A stretch of DNA of 64,000 nt from Marsupella aquatica (GCA_973895155.1 OZ316894.1:4116944-4180943); one strand, 5' to 3'. Positions 26,501 through 39,200 are shown, counted from the stretch's first letter. Numbers and translations are program-made. The notes: a model not told the origin generated them from the sequence alone.

Positions 26501-27994
26501 ATGTCTCCATTCGTGAGACTCTGGCCTCTCTTTTAGGGCCGGGTACGTTGCTCTCATCTCCGTGGCTTCATCGACAACTCGGTCTTCCTATTTCGCACGG
26601 TGGTTTTGGTCTTACTTCCATTGAGAGCCTTGCACCTTTGGCCTTTTTGGGTGCGTGGGCGGCCGCCTTCTCATTGTTGGCCGATCGTTTCCTTACTGAG
26701 GATCGCCCTTTTTTACTTTCATCTCTCATGGAGGTAGAGGAGGGTTCCCTCCCGTTCCAGGTTCATTTGCGCGCGGCGCGGTCATCATTACCAGATCCCA
26801 TTTGCGCTGCGTTACCTTCTTTTCAGGAGTTTTTATCCTTGAATCCTGTCCGTCTTTAGGCAGACCTCGCTGGGCGTATGCACGCTTTCACCCTTTCCAG
26901 CATCCTCTCCGAGGCACTTGACACAAACCGAGCTCGGATTCTTTCTTCCGAAGGGAAGGGCGCAGGAGGATGGCTTCAGGCCAATCCAGTCATTCCTCAT
27001 TTGCGGATGTCTTCAACGGAGTTCTCCACAGCCATGCATCTTCGTATGGGGCTGCCCCACCCACTTCTTGTAGGTTTACCTCCTTGCACTTGTGGGAAGC
27101 CTTGTGATGTCACAGGTGTCCATCTTCTTCGGTGCAGTTTGGGAGGTGAAACCATTACTGTTCACGACGTTGTGCGTGATGCAACTGCTCAGGTTCTCTC
27201 TGGCTCGTTGGTATGCATGCGGCGGGAGGTGGTACTCGAGTTACCTGGTCCTCCATCCCAGCGGTTACGGGTGGATCTTACCATGGTCCGTGAGGGTCAA
27301 CGTACTTTGGCAGATGTAGTGGTGGCAAACCCATTGCGCCAAGACATCCTTGGGACGACGGCAACAACGGCAGGGGCAGCAGCGTCACGTGCGGCAACAA
27401 CGAAGGAGGCCAAATATGTTGCACGAGCTTCATCCGACAACTTCCTTCCTCTTGCTCTGGAGCTCTTCGGGCGTCTTCATCCTCAGTTTGATGGGCTTCT
27501 TCGGCAAGCTGCCCGGGATGTTAATGGCCGAATGGGTCCCACTGGACCCCCGCTATCTGTTTTGATCACGCACTTTCGTCAACGCATTTCAGTCACCTTA
27601 CAGCGTGCTCAAGCTCGGGCCATCTATCGTTGATCTCTTACAGTGGGTGCTAGTGTGCCTCCGCAACGGCTAGCTCCCCTCGAGGATATTCCAATCCCAC
27701 TTGCCGATCTAGTTTTGACCCTTGATGTGGACCATTAGCTTTTTGCCACATCTGCTATGAATGATGTGGACCTCGATCCGTTTGGGTTAGTTTTAGTCCC
27801 TCTTTCTTGGTTTTTAGGGGTTCCCTATTACTCATTTCTTACTTTTAGTTCCTCTTTTTTGGTGTTTTGAGGTTCCTTTTTATTCACTTCTTTTGGTTTT
27901 GTCCACTTGGACCCTCTTTTGTTTGTTCTTTTGTAGAGTGTTTGGTCCCTTTCTATAAAAAGTGTGTCTATATTAATTAAAATAAAATAAAAAA
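23583..27994 (+). mobile_element. Decayed non-LTR retrotransposon with RT and C-terminal restriction-like endonuclease (CRE-like clade)
   Basis: Frameshifted ORF ~24195-27633. It carries an N-terminal CxxC...H Zn finger; RT motifs VRPIAIGE, HQFAVG, LQVDVSNAFNTVSR, GTRQGDPLG, SLLDD, GLRVLGSPVG and LPISHGGFGL; a CCHC knuckle CTCGKPCDVTGVHLLRC..HD; and RLE motifs RVDL..LADVVVANP..KEAKY..FLPLALELFGRL. There is an A-rich tail at 27975-27994 and flanking duplicate GTTTAGGGTTTA at 23571-23582 and 27995-28006. The exact 5' boundary (23583 vs ~23827) is uncertain. Confidence 0.88.
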
Positions 27995-28330
27995 GTTTAG
28001 GGTTTAAAGGTTTTGGAGAATATATTTTGTCCACTCCACTATTTAAGTTGGGGCTAGTTTATATAGTAGTTTATATAATCATAGTTTTTTGGAGACTATA
28101 TTTTGATAAACATTCGTTTGTACTCTCCACTATTCACCTTCTGTTTTCCTGTCCACTATTCAAGTTGGGGCTAGTTTATAGGGCTAATTTATAAAGTCGT
28201 AGGGTTTAGGGTTTTCGCTGCAGTGGCTCATTTCCATCTCCAAACCTGTAATGCATGCAAAACGTCATGTAACACTATACGAATTTCAGGTGCTTGGTTT
28301 AGGGTTTATAGTTTCGGCTTTCCACGAAAG
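27995..28330. repeat. Continuation of the AT-rich TTTAGGG-containing repeat (right flank)
   Basis: GGGGCTAGTTTATA, TAGGGTTTAGGGTTT and GCTCATTTCCATCTCCAA..CTGTAAT match 22830-23580. Confidence 0.75.
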
Positions 28331-29003
28331 TAAGATAATAGTTGTTTATTTTTTAAGGATTGGAAGGTCTTAAGGAAAATGATCCAGGAAAAGTTGGAGT
28401 TTAGACATTCTACTAGAATAATAGTTAAATTGTTGGGTTGTAATTTACCTTGTGTGAAATGAGGTTGGAGTTTCGATGTTCTGTTGGGTTCTCAGGATTG
28501 TAATGTACCGTGGTGTGAAGCTCATTTACAGAGTGGACGAAAATCATCAGGAAGGGTTAGGGCCGTGTTTCATTTAACCAGTTAACCCTTAACTAAAAAA
28601 TAATGTCTTTAAAATCGGTACTAATGCCTTCCAGTAACCAAACCCAGTAACCGTTGGAGATGCTCAAGAACTTCTCCCAAATTCGAGCTCATCTCCATCT
28701 GACCTCGTGGATTGTGTCACACCTACGATCACACGGAAATGACAGTAGAGTCTAATAGAAAATCCTTCTTTACTCGAAATCCATCCAGATTGTTCTGTTC
28801 TGTGTGAGTCCATTGCCTCTCTAGACAGAACGGTAAGGAAGAAAGTACTAGTAGAAAGAACGAGAATCCTCTCGTAAACACTGAACTCCCCAATCTTCAA
28901 ACAACACTCGACGAACAGATGATATTTAGTTCACCAGGATATGAAAAACCCTAGCCTGGATGGCACCTCTGGAACACGGCTTCCTCTACTCTGGACGTTT
29001 ATG

Positions 29004-29108
29004 TAATCAAAATTCTCGAAATAATGTCAACAAATCTATAATCAAAATTCTCGAAATCATGTCAACAAATCTATAATCAAAATTCTCGAAATCATGTCAA
29101 CAAATCTA
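29004..29108. repeat. 35-bp tandem repeat, 3 copies
   Basis: TAATCAAAATTCTCGAAATCATGTCAACAAATCTA three times. Confidence 0.9.
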
Positions 29109-29629
29109 GAACGAGAACGTAAGCTGAATAGAAGTAAACGTGTCACCCAATTCGAGAAGAAATGCCCGTCTATAATCACCGATGTTTGTCGATTTCAAGG
29201 ATTGTGCTGCTATTTACAGTGGCAAAGCGGGCCATCATGCTAGTACAGGCAGACCTCCGGTTGCAGAGGAGATGTGTACAATCCTAAGTAGAGCACAAGA
29301 CATAGTCGCATGCACGAAGACATTCGACGACTTGAAGCCTCCTTACAAACGCAGGGATAATGGATTGATGTGTTGATTGCCACAACGCACCTTCCTCTCT
29401 CAGTTATTCCTCATCCTTGTACCTCTACGAGACGAAGAACGGAGCTGTGACCAGTGCAAGTGCTCCGCCCAGACCATTTCTTCAAGTTGAAGAGAGTCCA
29501 AGAATACAACGAGTCGGACTCTCCCAACAATAGTGCCTTATTACAGGTCCGGCACCGCACACGAGCACGAGGAAACCCCGACCGTCGCCTCTGCAAAATC
29601 CGGCAGGGCTACAGCCTCTTGGCAATAGC

Positions 29630-30082
29630 TTAACTATTCTGCAACGCTTCCTCCTGGTGGCTCACAAGGACAATATCCGCAGTCGGATACGCGACGCAGG
29701 TCAGTACCCAGCCAGCAATCTTCTGATCGTCGTCGAGGAACGAAGAATCACCTTGGTCGACCGTACCTGACTCGAGTTTGCCCACGCACGACGAGCAAGC
29801 GCCAGCTCGGCAAGAGTAGGGCAAATCCAATCCTTTTTCCTCCGCGACGTCCAGAATGTACTCATCGTCGGGACACTCGAACGTCTGTTCACCTTCGGGA
29901 GTCTTGACAGTGATCTTGAACGAAGCCATACATGTCACCCGGCTGTGCGAGCTCTTGATCCCGAAGCTCTTGTTCAACGAAGCCGCCTTCATAGACACCG
30001 ACTTCTTTCCGCTCAAGGGCGACGCAACAGAGGCACCGAGAGCCACAACGGCCGGTGCGGCAGAAGCAACAGCGAGAGCCAT
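29630..30082 (-). CDS. petF: Chloroplast plant-type [2Fe-2S] ferredoxin, copy 2
   Basis: 150 aa, [10 protein letters not shown]...[16 protein letters not shown]...VLTCVAYP. Same 5'UTR intron arrangement as copy 1 (donor ~30251, acceptor ~30183) and a homologous 3'UTR. Confidence 0.96.
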   Translation of the reverse strand: MALAVASAAPAVVALGASVASPLSGKKSVSMKAASLNKSFGIKSSHSRVTCMASFKITVKTPEGEQTFECPDDEYILDVAEEKGLDLPYSCRAGACSSCVGKLESGTVDQGDSSFLDDDQKIAGWVLTCVAYPTADIVLVSHQEEALQNS

Positions 30083-30475
30083 GACTCCTCCACAGCCTAA
30101 AATTCGGAATTCCTTTCGAAACAAGTGCAATCGCCGAAGTCAGCAACGACGATCAAAGTACGAAACAGCAAAACAGAAACTCTGCTGCAGAATTATAGTA
30201 CTGTAGATGACTGACGCAAATGACGGACAGAAGAAGATTCACAAAGCTCACCTTTTGAGAAGCTCGGGGAGAGAATGATGGATCGAAAGATGGGGAAGTG
30301 GATGCGGAGAGAAGTGTCTCGTCTCACGAAGCAGAAGAGCAAAGCGCTCGAGAAGAAATGTGTGCTGATGCGCACATTAGAAAAACGATCCCGAGCTGAA
30401 AGGCAGGTCGAAGGGCGATGATTCCCCAAGATGGCAATATACTACACGATAACTTCGAGGCTGTGAGCTAGAGTA

Positions 30476-31254
30476 CAGCCGCCTCTCTATAAGTGCAAAC
30501 TACGTAAGTGCAAAACGGGCTAACTGCAAGGCGTCCCGTTCTTCCCTTTTACACGGAGTTTGCAGTTTGCACTTCTATGCATTTTTTGTAAGTGCGAACT
30601 GGCCTGAAATATTTTCATGAGCCAATCTGCATGTAGCAGCCCTCAACAATGAAGCCCTCGACACTGGCAAAATGATTGGAAAAAATCAGATCTCTGGTGT
30701 AATATGGCCCTCAACACTAGCAAAATCATTGGAAAAAGAATGTCTTTGAAATCGGTTCCCAACAACGACAGGTGCACACTATCTTTTTGCCTTATTCTCA
30801 AGGCAGATTTTGGGACCTCAAGGGCCTGATGGTTTCTGGGCTTTGCCCCTAGTTAGGTCTTCACAAGAGTTGCCGTCAGGCCGGGGCTTACAGCATGAAA
30901 ATCTCAATGAATGATATCATGAAGTTAGTTGCTTTGAGGGCTGCACTTAAAAGGTCAATCACATGCGAGTTTGCTCTAAATGGCAAGTGCAAAACCTTGA
31001 TAAGTGAGCTCATAATCCCATCAAATTGCATTCACTGATAAGTGCAAGCCCTTTTTAATGAGAGTAAAGATTGCAGTTATGGAGTACGACACCATATGTA
31101 GGGTAGAGACAATTTGGGGTGCTAGTGATGGACTACTCACTGATGGACAGTGCACTCTTATCTATGGGTTTGCACTTATAACATCATGCAAACCCCTATT
31201 TAGCGCACACCGGATGCTTGTTCCCAAGATTTTGCACTTAGAGAGAGTTAACTG
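30476..31254. mobile_element. MITE, Tc1/mariner- or pogo-like (TA TSD)
   Basis: TA|CAGCCGCCTCTCTATAAGTGCAAA at the left end and TTTGCACTTAGAGAGAGTTAACTG|TA at the right end (imperfect ~24-bp TIR). Internal AAGTGCA motifs recur. Confidence 0.72.
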
Positions 31255-32421
31255 TATAGAATAACACTGCAGGGGTTTGGGCGGGTGTGTACCAGTATCC
31301 ATGTATAAGTGCATTCTGTGCTTAAGTCCAGGCTGGCCACCTAGGCACCTAATATTACAGAAAATTTCCTTTGTCAATGCACCAAAAATGTAGTTTGCAT
31401 GAGTGCAGGGAGACCCTCAATAAATGACAAATAATGACACTAAACCAAAAAATACACATAAGTGCATTTTTCTATAAGTGTAATATGCATTCATCAATAA
31501 GTAGTGCAACACATACACAAGAAACACATTTATTGATGAGTACAGCAGACAATTACATCTAGTAGTTTCATGCACTTATCCAGTTAAATTGTGCAACATG
31601 AAGGCTCAGAGTATGCGGATTCTAAAAGATTTATAAATGCATGAGGAATCTGATGCAATTTCCAATGAACATAATAGGTCATGCAACCATGCACATATGG
31701 ACAAGTGCATACTAACTGATGTCCCATCAATGCACTTATAACATGGTGCATGTAGTGAATAAGTTTACCAGGCTTGGGGTTCTTCTTGGGAACCTGCACT
31801 TAGACACACTAGATTTTTTAACCTGTATCCTTGCCTCTGGAATCAAAGAACAAGGTGACTGGTGGCAGTGGAAAAGCTTTTTCAAACTTTGTCTGAGCAG
31901 GGTTATAGACTAGAACCCAAACCTAGACAAAGGTTTCCCTGTGTAATTTTTATCTTTTTATCTAAAAATGGGTCTAAAACCCAAGACTAGACTTCACTTT
32001 TTGTGTGTAATTTTTTCCAGGAAGCTGATCCGACTGTAAATTTCCAGCCACAAGATTATGCGAATAGCAACATGGAGTAGAAAAAATTACATAGTGGCAA
32101 TTCTTTGTTCCATACAGAATTCTTGGGAAAGATAATGGAATGTGCACCAAGGAAGCAAATGAACAATCCGTGCAATGGACGATTCAAGTTCGTTGAGGGC
32201 CCTTTCTCCCTTTGATTTGCTGGTCGGTTGGATTTTGCCTAACATCCCACCCTATAGGTTGGATTTTATGCCAATAGCACTATTTCACAAATAGTGTTAT
32301 GCACAAATAGGATTAGTATTAGGGTTTAGGTTAAGCAAAAGTCTTGTAAATCTTTGTGGAAGAACATTAGCGGTGTTTTAATCCAATTAGAATATTGATA
32401 AGAACTATAGAGGTTTCCAAA

Positions 32422-32830
32422 CTGGGATTGCTAGATTGTCACTTCTTTGACATAATACATACATTGCCACTGAATGTTTTCTATTTGTTAGTATGCCACT
32501 TTTTTTGTTTGTGAGTTAAGAAACTAACCCAGGTTAGCTCCTTCACATCCAATGGCTCTCATCACAGCGGCCATTTGTAGGATGGTGGGACAGGACCACC
32601 TGACCCACCCCTTGGTCAGCTGACCCAAGGGTAGTCAAGGTCATCTTGAGGGAGACACTGGCCAATTGATTAGGAAGCTAGGTGTGATAGTAGCCATTGG
32701 ACATGAAGGAGGTAACCTAGGTTATTTCTATACCCACAAAAAAAAGAGTGACATTGTGCTAAATAGAAAAAAATTCAGTGGCAAGGTGTGTATTTATGCC
32801 AAAAAAGAATGACAACCTAGTAAATCCCAA
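32422..32830. mobile_element. Fold-back MITE, Mutator-like (long TIRs, 10-bp TSD)
   Basis: The left ~150 bp is the imperfect reverse complement of the right ~150 bp (TGGGATT...AATCCCA; TTGCCACTGAAT/ATTCAGTGGCAA; CTCCTTCA..TCCAATGGCT/AGCCATTGGA..TGAAGGAG). GGTTTCCAAA is duplicated at 32412-32421 and 32831-32840. Confidence 0.85.
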
Positions 32831-33655
32831 GGTTTCCAAAACCAAAATAAGGCTAAAAAAATACTAGAGGACAACTTTTTGCTTATTTTTTGGGGTGTTG
32901 ATTACCCAAAAATGTTGTGCTTGATATGACACCCTTGAGTTACCAAGACTATGCAAATAGTGTTACCAAGACCACACAAATAGTGTTACCAAGACCATTG
33001 AAGATGAACAGTGCAATGGGGTGCAGAGGCCTTCCTCTAGGCACGTGCACCAACAACACATCATGCCAAGAGATTTGGCCAAAGCCAGCTGTCCATATTA
33101 TTTTGTGCCCTAGCAAACCTTCTCGTGATGAGGTTGCTCCAATTTTAACTACCCTTCCCCATATGGTATTGAAAAGCGTTTTGGACTATTATTATCTAGA
33201 TAAATTTGACAAAGAAACAAATTCTTGAAGATAATTAAAGGTGTGAGTATTCACAAAAAGATCTCGACAACCATGGTCAACTGTACAGTCTACACTGCTA
33301 GCGCAAAAGATCCTAGACCAACTGTTCAAACAATTTGGAGTTCCAAGATTGTGAATATAATTTCTTTCAAATTGTCAATAGACTTAGAATGGATATTTAG
33401 TCCATAAAATTGATGATTGAACTGCTCGCTAGCCAAATTGACTTACAAGGTTTGTTTTCAAGTCTGGTTTTCTAAATAAAACTCTTCTACGAAATTTCAG
33501 ATCAGGCATAGTTAACTCGAGCTGCAGATTTCTCGTGCCTGTTTAGTTGGATTCCAAAAACCCAGTACACTGTAGAGGCGTAGTAGACCACTGCTTACAT
33601 ACGTTCACGTCACATGATACCATGGAAGGATTTGTTTGAGTATCTTTCACTCACC

Positions 33656-35506
33656 CTAGTTGCCACGATTGTGACTAAACTCAAGAAGATGTCTTTCGAT
33701 TTCATCGGCAAGTGAGATTCGCCTCTCTACTGGTGCGGAGTTATTGGGTAGGTGACGGGAAGAAGAGTCATCATTGGGTCCAGTTGACATGCTCTCTGAG
33801 TCTGAAAGCAGGTCCTGCTCTGATGGCCTAATTCTCAGTCTATCTCGAGTAGATGTTCCATCATGTCCTTTACTAGAAGGGGTTGACATGCTTCGGGAAT
33901 CATCATTTTCTGCATCTCCCCAGGGATCATAATCAGAGTTTCCCAGAAGATTTCTTGAATGATTATGGGCTTTCGGATACAAAGGAGAGTCCGAAAAGTC
34001 CATCAGGTCAGTTCTGTTGAAGAAGATTTGGGCTGAAATATCACCTGGAAGACTTCTTCCTCTTCTAAGAGTCGCTGCCGAGTCAGAAAGACGAGGTCTT
34101 GTATTAAGATATGGCATATAGTTCGACCCTCCGTTGTGATATGGATTAAAGGGCGACCCACCTTCATGCTCCTGTACAATGTTCAAAATTAGCATCAAAT
34201 GTTAGTTTCTGTATGTAGAGGGGACCAAAAAGCCTTCGGCCGGATTCAACAACAGCAATAGTGAAAAGACCAACCCAAAGTTCATTACTTTTTGTTATTC
34301 AACTGAAGAAAATCTTTGCATTAAGCTCCAGACCTAACCATTCGAAAGATCAATTCATCAATCTTAGTCTTTACAGTGAGTACTCAGAACTCAACTGAGG
34401 TCCTCTTAACGTATTCTTATAATTGCAAGTACTAGTACTGTAGTTATAATTACGTCAATTCTGGTTCGAGTTCAAGATTTTGAGAGTATATAGGGATTGC
34501 TTTCTCATTGAAAGAAATCGAAAGCTTCTATTCTACTCGTCAAAAACCAGAAACTCGAAATTTCAGATCATGCTCAGAAGCACCGAGCGTCCTGGGAACA
34601 ACGAACCTCCAGCCAGAATGAATAGAGATCTACCTGAGCATGATAACCTAAGTGTTGTAACTCCGCCTTTTGATACAGCACTATTCCCAATGCAGCTGAC
34701 AAGATGGTCACAAGAACGCCAAAGACGTAGGTCACATTTTTCCATTGATGTTCACTGCAAAAAGACATGACTAGTCAGACCTGGTTTCCAGCCAAAAACC
34801 ACATGCGCCACTCCTAGAAACAAATCTAAAATTCCAGTCACCTAGATCTCGGGGATGTACTGGGGCATATTAAAAAGCTCAAGAATTCCTCGTGCGTTCC
34901 TCATCTTTAGCAATTGGTATTTCAACGGTTTTACTTGCAAAACACAGGTCAACAATGAAAAACAATAGACTGTTTCAAAAATGCTAGCCAAGCAGATATG
35001 CCTTTGTGTTTAATTTGCTACAGCTTTTAGGATTTGCCTCTTCGACCCGTTAGCTGCACCATTCTTCTTCTTCTTCTTCTTCTTCTTGAATTCTTTGATG
35101 ATATGTTCATCCCGTTGTCATTGGCTGATATCAATAATTTTAGTTTTTGAATGCAATTTGTAAAGTAATAGCGAAAACTGGTCATCAGGAGCCTGAGGTA
35201 ATCATTCACCACCCAAAGGTGGACCAACTATTGAGCATGTCAAGTACAGGTAGGGAATCTACCTCCAAATTTCTTCATGCTCGCATTTCAGCGGAGGGTT
35301 TCTGAGCTGGATCATACGGAGCCTCCCGTTCCCTCTATCAGAGATTAAGAGTGAGCAGGACCTCGGCAGGTATGTGAGAGTGAAATCCGAGGAGAGGAGT
35401 GCATTCTTACCCTCACCATCAGCATGACCAGTCTTATTGGGCTGCCCAGCTATTGTCGTCACAAAACCTGAACAAAACACAATCGAAGGAAATGAGAGAC
35501 AAAATA

Positions 35507-35544
<38 letters not shown>

Positions 35545-36249
35545 GAAACGTCCACAGGAGACGAGAAGAAGAGTTTACTGCCTACAGTCTAGAAGAGATC
35601 AGGCAATCCGGAAATGGGGTTCCGTTTGTTGCAAGAAAACAACACAAAATATGTGGGGAAAACGATGTGGAGGTGCGGGGTATCGATCCCCGTGCCTATC
35701 GCATGCAAAGCGATCGCTCTACCATGTGAGCTACACCCCCGACATGTCCACAGCCTCGCTATAACTGTTTTTCTATCTTCGCCGAGTCCGTACGAATCAT
35801 CGAAGTGAAAAGGCTTTGGCCAATCGAACATTATCCTGTGTTATCAATTGACAAATTTACGCAAGAAAATTTAACAGATCAATAAGGGGAACACCTGAGG
35901 GATTACATAAACGTAATTATTTTTATATTATTAAAATTTGAAGTTATAAGGAGAGGAAGTGTATAAGATGAGACCAATCAGGCTCGTCCCCTTTTCCAAA
36001 AGAAAAAAGGGAAACAAATGGGACCTGACCAAAAGGGAAACACCTGAGGGATCGGATGGACTGGAAACCATTTTTAGAAATTGATTCAATTTTCAATTAT
36101 AGAAATAAATAAGGCAATAGATACAGCATGGGATCTGACCAATGAGGCTGGTCCCTTTCCAAAAAAGGAAAAAGGGGAAAAACAGGGATCTGACCAATAA
36201 AGGGAGCCGAGCTATCAGGTGGACTGTAAACCATTTTTTAGACAATGAT

Positions 36250-36299
<50 letters not shown>

Positions 36300-39200
36300 A
36301 GAATAGATAGACTATGGGATCCGACCAATGCCAAAGGTTGGTCCACCTTTCCAAAAACACAAGAGGAAAAAAATTGGGGATTTGACCAATAAAGGAGCAC
36401 CTGAGGGATCAGATGGAATGTAAACCAATTGTTATTATAAAATTATATTTTCATGATCTCCATCCAACCCTCGGATTAACATCGAATGGGATCCCCAAAA
36501 GTAAGGTGTGCTAAACTCATGCGGCAATTTAACTCTCAACCCATGTCATCCTAATTCAAATGCATGTTAACATAGATCTCATGGAAGTGTTTGGTTGCAA
36601 GGTTAGAAATCCTATGAAAGCAAAATGTTTGGAATGGACTCTCATACTCACCTTCTGTGCTGATCTTGCGAATGACATGGTTCCTGACGTCAGCAACATA
36701 GACATTACCATCAGCATCAATGGCCAAGCCCTTTGGGTGGTCCAAGAGGGCATCCTCACCCCACCCGTCGTTGTAACCGGTCCGCCCCTTGACATCCCCT
36801 GCTACTCGATGGGCTACTGGAGACCCACTACCTGCAATTTGCAGGTCCAGTTAAGTTAAATCAGGTCAAATACCATGAAATGTTATGAGTAGTCTGCCTT
36901 CTCAGCCCTTGATTGACAACCTCCCATTCAACTGCAGTTGAGCATAACCTACCTTCCATTCAACTGCGGTTGAGCACAACAACCTATGTTCACCGTGTTT
37001 GACTGCATGAACAACGTTCTAGTGTAAAACCATGTAAACGTGTGTAAAATTACATGTAAAATTGATTACTTACAAGTACAATCACATTCGTTGCAAGAGA
37101 ATTACGATCATTCCGTGTAAATTACACTCATTGCCTCTACAGTCGCATTCCTTTTACGGGAATGACATTGGTTACGTGTAAATTACACTCATTGCCTGTA
37201 CAATCACATTCCTTTTATGAGAATGACATTCGTTACATGTAAATTACACTCATTTGCCTGTACAATTGCAAGTGATAAGGCAGTACTGAAGTAGTGGGTT
37301 CCTGTACTCGAAAAATCACAACCGTTGTACAGGCACTCTGCTCAATTCCAGTCCCATCCTATGAGCAATGCAGCGACAATCACATATTTTCACCATAGCT
37401 GAGAATCACAAATCAGACCAGTTCAATATGTTTGTACAGCTCACTCTCACCAGCCTTCCATTACCTCACTTTCACAGCTAGCCCAATTCCATTCTCCAGG
37501 GGTTCACTCTCAATTATAACCCCTCTTCCATTATCTACAGTACACGGCCTCAACCGCACAAAGAGCAGCATGTATAGGAACTCAGTCTCCTCACTCTCGT
37601 TTCCTCACTCTCCCAACCTGTAGCATTTCAGACTACAGCACCTCACTCTTCTTCACTCTCAATTCCTCACTCTCACAACCAGTAGCATTCAGTCTACAGA
37701 ACCTCACTCTCACAACCAGCAGCATTTCACCCTACAGGACTTCACTTCCAACTTCCCTGATGTCATTCCAGCTCAATCCCACAATCGGCCCAATTCTACT
37801 GTAGCTCACTTGCACCCCCGATCAAAATCTCAGCTGGGGCCCAAAGCCTTCAGCTCTGGTCACAGAACCAATGCACCCTACTTTCATTTCCCCGTGACGC
37901 TCACGACTGCTGGAGTTTATAATCTTTTATTCACTTCCCAAGAGCTGATGTGCACTTCCCCAAGAGCTAATGTGGGGAAGGTAGTATCGTCCATGCAAAA
38001 AGTAGAGAGAATCTTGCATGCCCGGAGACAGAATCCTCCGTACAATGACTAAGAGGATTTTGCATGCCGAAAGCTTGCATCCTCCGTGCAATGACGACGT
38101 GGATCTGGATTTTCCTGTTTGGAGTAAATATTTCTCGAAACGAAAACGAATTCGACGACGAGGTTCCGGCATGCCGGATGGTGAATCCTGGCACACCAGC
38201 ACTCGTCGCAATTGGAGACGAGAGGAGTCTAATTGAAAGAAGTCCAGATGTCACGCTGGCCCCACAGTCGTCAAATGTCAAACGATCCCGTTTCCTTATG
38301 GACGTTTCGTGATTCACAATCAACTGCTCTTTAGTATTCTAGTCCACGAGAGGAGTGTCACTGAGGAGGGATTGGAATCCACTTCAACTGGGATCCAATC
38401 GGGACAAAGCGGTCCCATCATTTCTACTTAAAAACAGAGTGGTAAAAGGACGTGTGGGCCCATTTGGTTTTTTTAATTCCGTGAGTCAGCGGTGGAGGAG
38501 CGCCCCCCTCCCCCCCCCCCAATCCAGGCACTCCAGAAGCTGCTGATCTGCGAGCTCTTACGTCAGAGCACTAAGAAATGACCCGTACTCAGCCTAGAGA
38601 GTAGAGGGTCTTCTACAGTTGCTGGGTGTTGCAATTTTCAAGACCAGAAATCTCTAGAAGAGGAAGCGGGCAAGCTCATGAATGGAGGAAATGCGGCTAA
38701 TCAAAGGTGAGCATAATTGCAGAGAAATATTGGAGCAGCAAGAGTTGCAATGTTGGAGACAATAGACCAGCAGATGGGTAGTGAAAAAGCTTATCAAATA
38801 TAGGAAATGGCACCGTAGAGGTGAATCAAACCTGGTAATCTTCGAGACTGTAGACCTACTGACAACTACAGAAACATCTCTGGAGTGACGGAATTTTCGA
38901 AAATTGAGACGACACAAGCAGAAATTGCCTTTCGAGAGATATTGCAGCCACGCAATTAATATAGCCTTCACTTCAGTTGTTTCGCAGATTCTACTTGCTG
39001 CCGAAAATATTTGCACAGTGTAAAGGCTTACTTTGATCGAGAGGCAGCCGAATTTTGAGAAGCTGGCTGGCGGTCGAGTCGACGGCGTACAGAAAATCCT
39101 CAGAAGGAACTGCCAAAGTGCTGTAGATCGATATGCCAAGATGGTTCTCCTGCAACACTGTCTTGATGACAATACCTTCTTCGTAAATAACGCTCGGGCC

